64,000 nt of DNA from Oikopleura dioica (Eukaryota; Animalia; Chordata), in NCBI GenBank assembly GCA_907165135.1, contig OU015569.1:4588001-4652000 (forward strand). Reading direction: 5' to 3'. The position numbers were made by a program, and so were the translations under genes. Position 1 is the stretch's first letter. Each line of letters opens with the position of its first letter. The notes under the pieces are model-generated. The model ran no database searches. It worked only from the letters and a program-made list of their open reading frames with translations, and was not told the DNA's origin. Shown one piece after another: positions 58,761 to 64,000 of this stretch.

Positions 58761-59331
58761 GACATTATAAAAGAAAAGCCCTGGTTTCGAGAAATGAAGT
58801 CTGACTGAATTTTATGAAAGTAAAGCGTCGCTTCGCTGCAGCCTGCAGGTGAACCTGAAAAACACGGCATTTCCGTTGAAAACAAGATATTTTTTTCGAT
58901 AAAAACTGTTCGATGCCATTTATCACTACACATTAGCAAACAGATTTTTTTAATCAGAAAAGCATTTTTGTCAAAAATATATAGCTAGAATATCAAGAAT
59001 AGAACGCGTTTGTTATTTTTGGACGCCATTTATTTTAAAACACAAGACGGTAAAGTGGTTTTGTACTTGGTTTTTGGGTAGCCAAAGGTGTACGTTGAAC
59101 TGGTGAAGAAATTCGTTACTTACTGTAGCCTGCTGAAATTCAAACAGCAGCAGTACTCAAGCAGTCGAGAAGAAGAAGAATAGAATTATGTACAGGAAGA
59201 GCTGGAACAAACAGATAGAAAAAGTGAGAGGTCAATGTTCGGTCAAGTTTTTTGACAGGGTTCATTTGTCTGATTTAAGTTAGGCAGTTGAAATATTTGA
59301 AGAAATTACGCGCGGACACTTGCCCATCGAG

Positions 59332-61400
59332 TTACATAAAATACTCCTTGTTGTTTTTTGACATATCTGATAGCGACGGCACGTCTTCTTCTTTTAACGT
59401 TTCAGTTTTATAGATGCCAGCTACAAAAAAATGTTATTCCAGGGTACCCTTCGTCGAGAATATCTTTTGATAGTTAGCCAGAAAAAGATAAAAAGAGGTT
59501 CTACTTACATCTACGTTGCTGAATCCAACGATTAAAGAGCATACAAAGCGCGACGATCATGACAACTCCGATGACTCCAACAAGAGCCCAGAGGAGACCC
59601 AGCGCCCCTGCCGCATTAGGAACATCTAAACAGGCTCGTGAGTTAACCGAATCATGTTCGAAGTGTGATTTCAAAGCAAATTGTAATTTGACCAAAGCAA
59701 AGCACTTAATAATAGTGCTCACATCGGGCAGCGCGACGAAAATACCATTTGCGATTTCTCGCCGGCCAAAATAATACGACTCACGTAAAGATCATGAGAA
59801 GCATTAAATATGCGCTGTTTACCTTCTACAAGTAGCCGAACATAGTCGGAAGTGACTGAGCCGTGTCGGTTGGTGGTGGAGCAGACGAACATGAAGTCCT
59901 CATCCGATTTCTTCAAGCTCGTGGTTGAAATGTATGTGCCTAAAGTCCACCGTCAAATAAGGAAGAGAAAAGGTCGCCCGGTTTCCGGTTTTGAGAAAAG
60001 CGGCGGAGCATGAAGCTATTTGAATATGATATTGTTCCTGGAGAGAAGGCAGAATAACATTCGACTTCCAGGGCTTATCTATCTTCGACCTCTATTGTCT
60101 TTATCACAAAAGTGGAATTATTTGTGTAGCGGAGGTTATCACCGCGGCGGGTCACTTTGAGCAGTGCGCACTCCGCTTCCGTCGCATTCCCACCTGGACA
60201 AGCTCGGGCCGAGGATGACCTCGCAATCGAGAAAGAATCTTACCGCTCTCAGTGGCTTCCTCCGTCCAGTGCGCGTACTCATCTGCTGTCTTGTTCGCGA
60301 TACTCCAGGAAACTCTCGGCAGCGGGTTGCCAGTGCTTGCGCAAAGGAAACGCACGCTTGAGCCAACAGAATGCGTGAAGTTCGACTCCACGGGGATCTC
60401 CTTATTGGCATCGATTGAAAACGTCGAAATGGCCGTGATCTCGGGCAGGTACTCGACGTTCATCGCTTTCGAGAAGTTGGAAGTGTACATAACGGCGCCA
60501 TCTTGTGATATTTTGCATCGATATCGCCGCTGAAAATTTTAAATAAGCTTTCAAAAGCAATAGCCAATTTCAAAAAATCTTTGTTGTAAAAGGTAGCTTC
60601 TTCATTCTATTACCTGTTGGTGCTGGCTCCTGCGAACAGTATCGATGCGAAGCTCGGACGAAGTTTCGGCGGTCAAGCCCGCTCTGGTGGTCTTTTCGAT
60701 TGCGGTTACGGGCTTTCCTAAATTGATTTGAGTCCCCATTTTGCGCCGTTGCCAAAAACTTGACGCTTGAGTTATAGCACCCACTTGCCGCGAGAAACCA
60801 AAACGCATAAGTCAATTACGCGTCTTGGCGCAGTGTGAGAATTTATGGGAAGGTACCTTTATCATCTTCCCACGTTATGCGCACGGCGGGCTTTGCATCT
60901 CGTGCTGAGCACTTGCCAACGTAAAATTGGGTACTTCCGCTTTCCACTGCGAAATCATCGGCGAATAATGATGACACGTTTGGTTTGGCTAAACAAAAAT
61001 AATAATTCGAAAGAAATTTCTCAACTTACAAATGACGACGACATTAATCGTGTTGATGATTTTCTTGGTGACATCTTTGCAGTGATAGACGCCCTCGTCG
61101 CTAAACTGTGCTTGAGCGAGCTCAGTAATCAGTCTCGAGTTGTTGTCGTCCGCGGAGTAGCGCGACAGGGCAGCGTTAAAGTTCCACTGGCGATCCTTGG
61201 TGTCTATCATCATCACATCCTGATCTTCAATTCTGAGAAGCAGAACCGAGGTCGTCGATCTCCTGCGACTTGCTTCTTTGATTTCTCTACTCAGCTCGAC
61301 GTAAACGCCAGAGTAGTCGCAGCTAAGTCTCAGCCGCTTTCCAACTTCTACTTTAACTGTCTCCGACGCTGCATTTGCCAGCTGTGTCAAAGCTAAAAAC
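59332..61400 (-). CDS. CADM/SynCAM (nectin-like) Ig-superfamily adhesion protein; signal exon not located
   Basis: V-type Ig domain (LSC...DEGVYHC), two further Ig domains, TM LLWALVGVIGVVMIVALCML, juxtamembrane RRSGIYKT (if the long intron is spliced directly), C-terminus NNKEYFM*. Confidence 0.7.
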
Positions 61401-61949
61401 GAAAAATTAAAACATGATCCAAAAAGAAATGGAAGCGATGATGGAAACTGATTCGCGATGTACATTAGAGTCCAAATAACTTATTAATTACAGTAATAAT
61501 CGAGTACACGGCGCACAGCGTGTAATTGAAATTCCACGGGCGATGGAATGTAACGAGCGCTCAGAATTGCTGCATGTGCACGGATGCGCCCATCGCGTTC
61601 TTGATGCAAAACAAAGTACTTTTCCGAAAAAAAGCGACTTTCAGATCAAAAACTGCTAGAGATTAGCTAAAATATCGAATTTATAATTGATAACAAATCA
61701 ACTTTAAATCGCCAAATTCAATCAAAAATTCGAAATGTGAATATTCTAAATTCCATTTAGAACTTGGTCGATTATTTATTAATTAACACTTGAACTGGAA
61801 ATGCTTTTGATAAACAACGTGTGATTTTAACAGCGTTTTTGAAAAGTTTAGTGCGCGGGATTCCTCGGAGCATGTCTAAATATCGGCCTGGTGAAGAATA
61901 TCTCGAAAATTTCCAGCTTAGCTGACTGCTGCGGGCGCGGATCAGTCGC

Positions 61950-62420
61950 AATATCTAGAGGCCCATCAGCCACTTAAAACTCTCAAGAAGGAGAAGATTA
62001 AGCTTATCAGAGAACACAAAGCGGATATCGCCATTGCCCATAATAACTCGTTCTAAGAAGGGATAGATGCCTTCGGACTAGAGCCGGGCGCGATTGGGAC
62101 ATTCCAGCGTTTCCGGTTGACTTGTTTAGACAAATTTGCAGGATTATCTACTCATTGCGCTAAATATTTGGACGCGTTGCCGGACACTTTCGATGAGCAA
62201 CGCTCGGCAACTTCCAAGCGCTCCGTGGTTGAAGATACGCCACACCTGAGACTCCCTCTTTTTCAGTTTTTTTTTTTTGAAACGTTATCTGGTCTTTTTA
62301 TCGGGCGCGCAGATACCCTGCTTCTAAAGACAATCTAGCTCGCCCTTCCTAATCCTGTGGCTAAGGCCGCTCTTAACTTGTGCTCTGAAAAAACTACGCG
62401 TTTTGTTCCTAAAATCACAT
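61950..62420 (+). pseudogene. Degenerate reading frame, possibly a decayed mobile-element ORF
   Basis: A frame of ~150 codons broken by isolated stops and a long T-run. No motif recognised. Confidence 0.2.
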
Positions 62421-64000
62421 AACAGCATTCACACGATTCACAAGCCCTCTGGAAAGATGACATGCTCCCCTGCTCCTTTCTCAAGAATCTGAAAAATTAG
62501 AAATCGAATCAAGAATTTCAGAGCTTTGATTGTAGCCGGGCTTGTAGTACCTCGTACTTGAGACAATTAGACGACCTGGCGAGCCCGCAGAACCCAATTC
62601 CGCGGCTCGCTCCGGCCTGCCTAACAGTCTCGGCTCAATTTGAAACCACAGCCAAGAAAAGACGAAATTCGCAAATGATGTTCGCTTTTATACCACTGCT
62701 TGTTAGCCCGCGTTCGTACCTACAACTCGCCTTCAAAAGGCCACAGCGGTGCACCTGGACGCGCTCAGGGGTTAAAGGTTTCTCAGCTGAGAGATTACGA
62801 GTGTTTCTTCCCCAGTATCACTTCCAGTGCTGTTCCATCTAAGTGCCTGTTGAAGTTCAATTTCCGAAAATCCAGCTGCGCCATAAAAAGGTCGAAAGTT
62901 GGCCAAACCAGGCTCATAAATCACCCGCGCTCCCACCATTCCCAAGAGCACTAAGAAAATTTGGGCACCTGGGCGGAAATGGCCTCAGGAGGCCGCAATC
63001 GGAAATGTGAGGCTCTATCGCTTCACGCTGATTTTATGGCTGCGGCGATATTTCGCGACGTTCAATTAACAAAAGCATAGTACCCCCTTATGGCTTTGAA
63101 TTTTTAATCTGCATCCGTTGAGCCCCCCTTTCTCGATTATCTGGGCTAAGCTGCGTGCTGCGGGCGACTTGGCGCTGAGCGATTCAGGTCTCTGCTGGAT
63201 TGATGAATTTCCGACAAAAACGAAAGAAAAACGCAAAAATGGCTCCGCAAGGCCGATTAGTTTCACCCGATTTAGGTTTCAGCGCTTTTCTTTGCCATTT
63301 GTGAACTCATTTACTTTTACCAATATTTCTCATTTCTAAACGCTTTTGAACACACAATTGCTTTCTAAAGTAAAAGACACAAAAGTCGGCTTAGACTGTA
63401 ACTCTTACAGTCGCTAGTTTTGCTTTGCTTCCTTGTACCGGTTGTTATTTGGACTGTTGCTTCTTGCATGCTGTATGCATATTATCCGTAAGTTGGAAAT
63501 AACTTGAGTAGGTGAAATTCGCCGCTAGAAGGTCGGCTTAGCTCGCAACAGAGCTCGCCCTGTCTTAGGGTCGAGGGTTGCGTTTGTATTGGCAATCGGC
63601 GATAAAGAGTCACAATTTCTGTTTCCAAACAAGGAGAAAGGCCCGATACTATCGCCGTGCAAGATGGAGGGGAGCGTTGTTTAGAATATGCTATTTTGAT
63701 TGGTAAACAGTAAATCTATCTCTCGAATCAACACAAGTGTAAACAGCTCTGCAGGAAATAAAGAGCGATAAGAGCGACTTCCAGTCGCTGGATTCCGTGA
63801 TTTCTTGAATATTTACTCTTAATTGCTGCCCCGTGAGAAGTTCGGCGCCGGCTTATATTTGGTTTTTACGGGAAAGAGGATATTCTAGCGCATGTATATG
63901 GATATGCAACTCGACAGGTGCAATCAGCTCGTGAATATTCGCAAAAATGATTTAGCAAAGAGAAAGTCACGCTGCTGCATTACAAGTGGATTACCCGATT

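Overview
Eukaryotic animal DNA. It is very gene-dense, with mostly ~30-120 bp introns, at least one inferred non-canonical GA-AG intron, splice-acceptor motifs just upstream of start codons, and chordate-type genes. This best fits an appendicularian tunicate such as Oikopleura dioica (inference; no database search was possible). The window has two compartments. (1) About 1-13.5 kb is an unusual accessory block. A non-LTR (APE endonuclease + reverse transcriptase) ORF is followed on the same strand by five closely packed ORFs: a ~690-aa protein, a 211-aa protein, a RING finger protein, a 427-aa probable paralogue of the ~690-aa protein, and a 166-aa Cys/His protein. Each has a pyrimidine-AG acceptor 0-37 nt upstream of its ATG. 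A convergent minus-strand set of similarly organised, intron-containing novel genes meets this array at a pair of opposed AATAAA signals. This is the best candidate for an undescribed system: a giant cargo-carrying LINE-like element, or a LINE-headed operon, expressed through host splicing or SL trans-splicing. (2) About 14-64 kb is host genome: LC3/ATG8, a KCNMB-like gene, a FN3/vWA/mucin/EGF/collagen ECM gene, a Ubl/BAG6-like gene, a TRPM-like channel, a type III-like intermediate filament, a collectrin-like gene, BtpA, HP1, SPPL2, VPS11, UMP-CMP kinase and a CADM/SynCAM-like Ig gene. It also holds a hAT-type MITE with an 8-bp TSD, and a Penelope-like element (217-bp inverted terminal repeats, hammerhead core, 12-bp TSD) inside a formerly 48-bp VPS11 intron. 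Gene models were assembled by eye, so exon boundaries are approximate unless stated.
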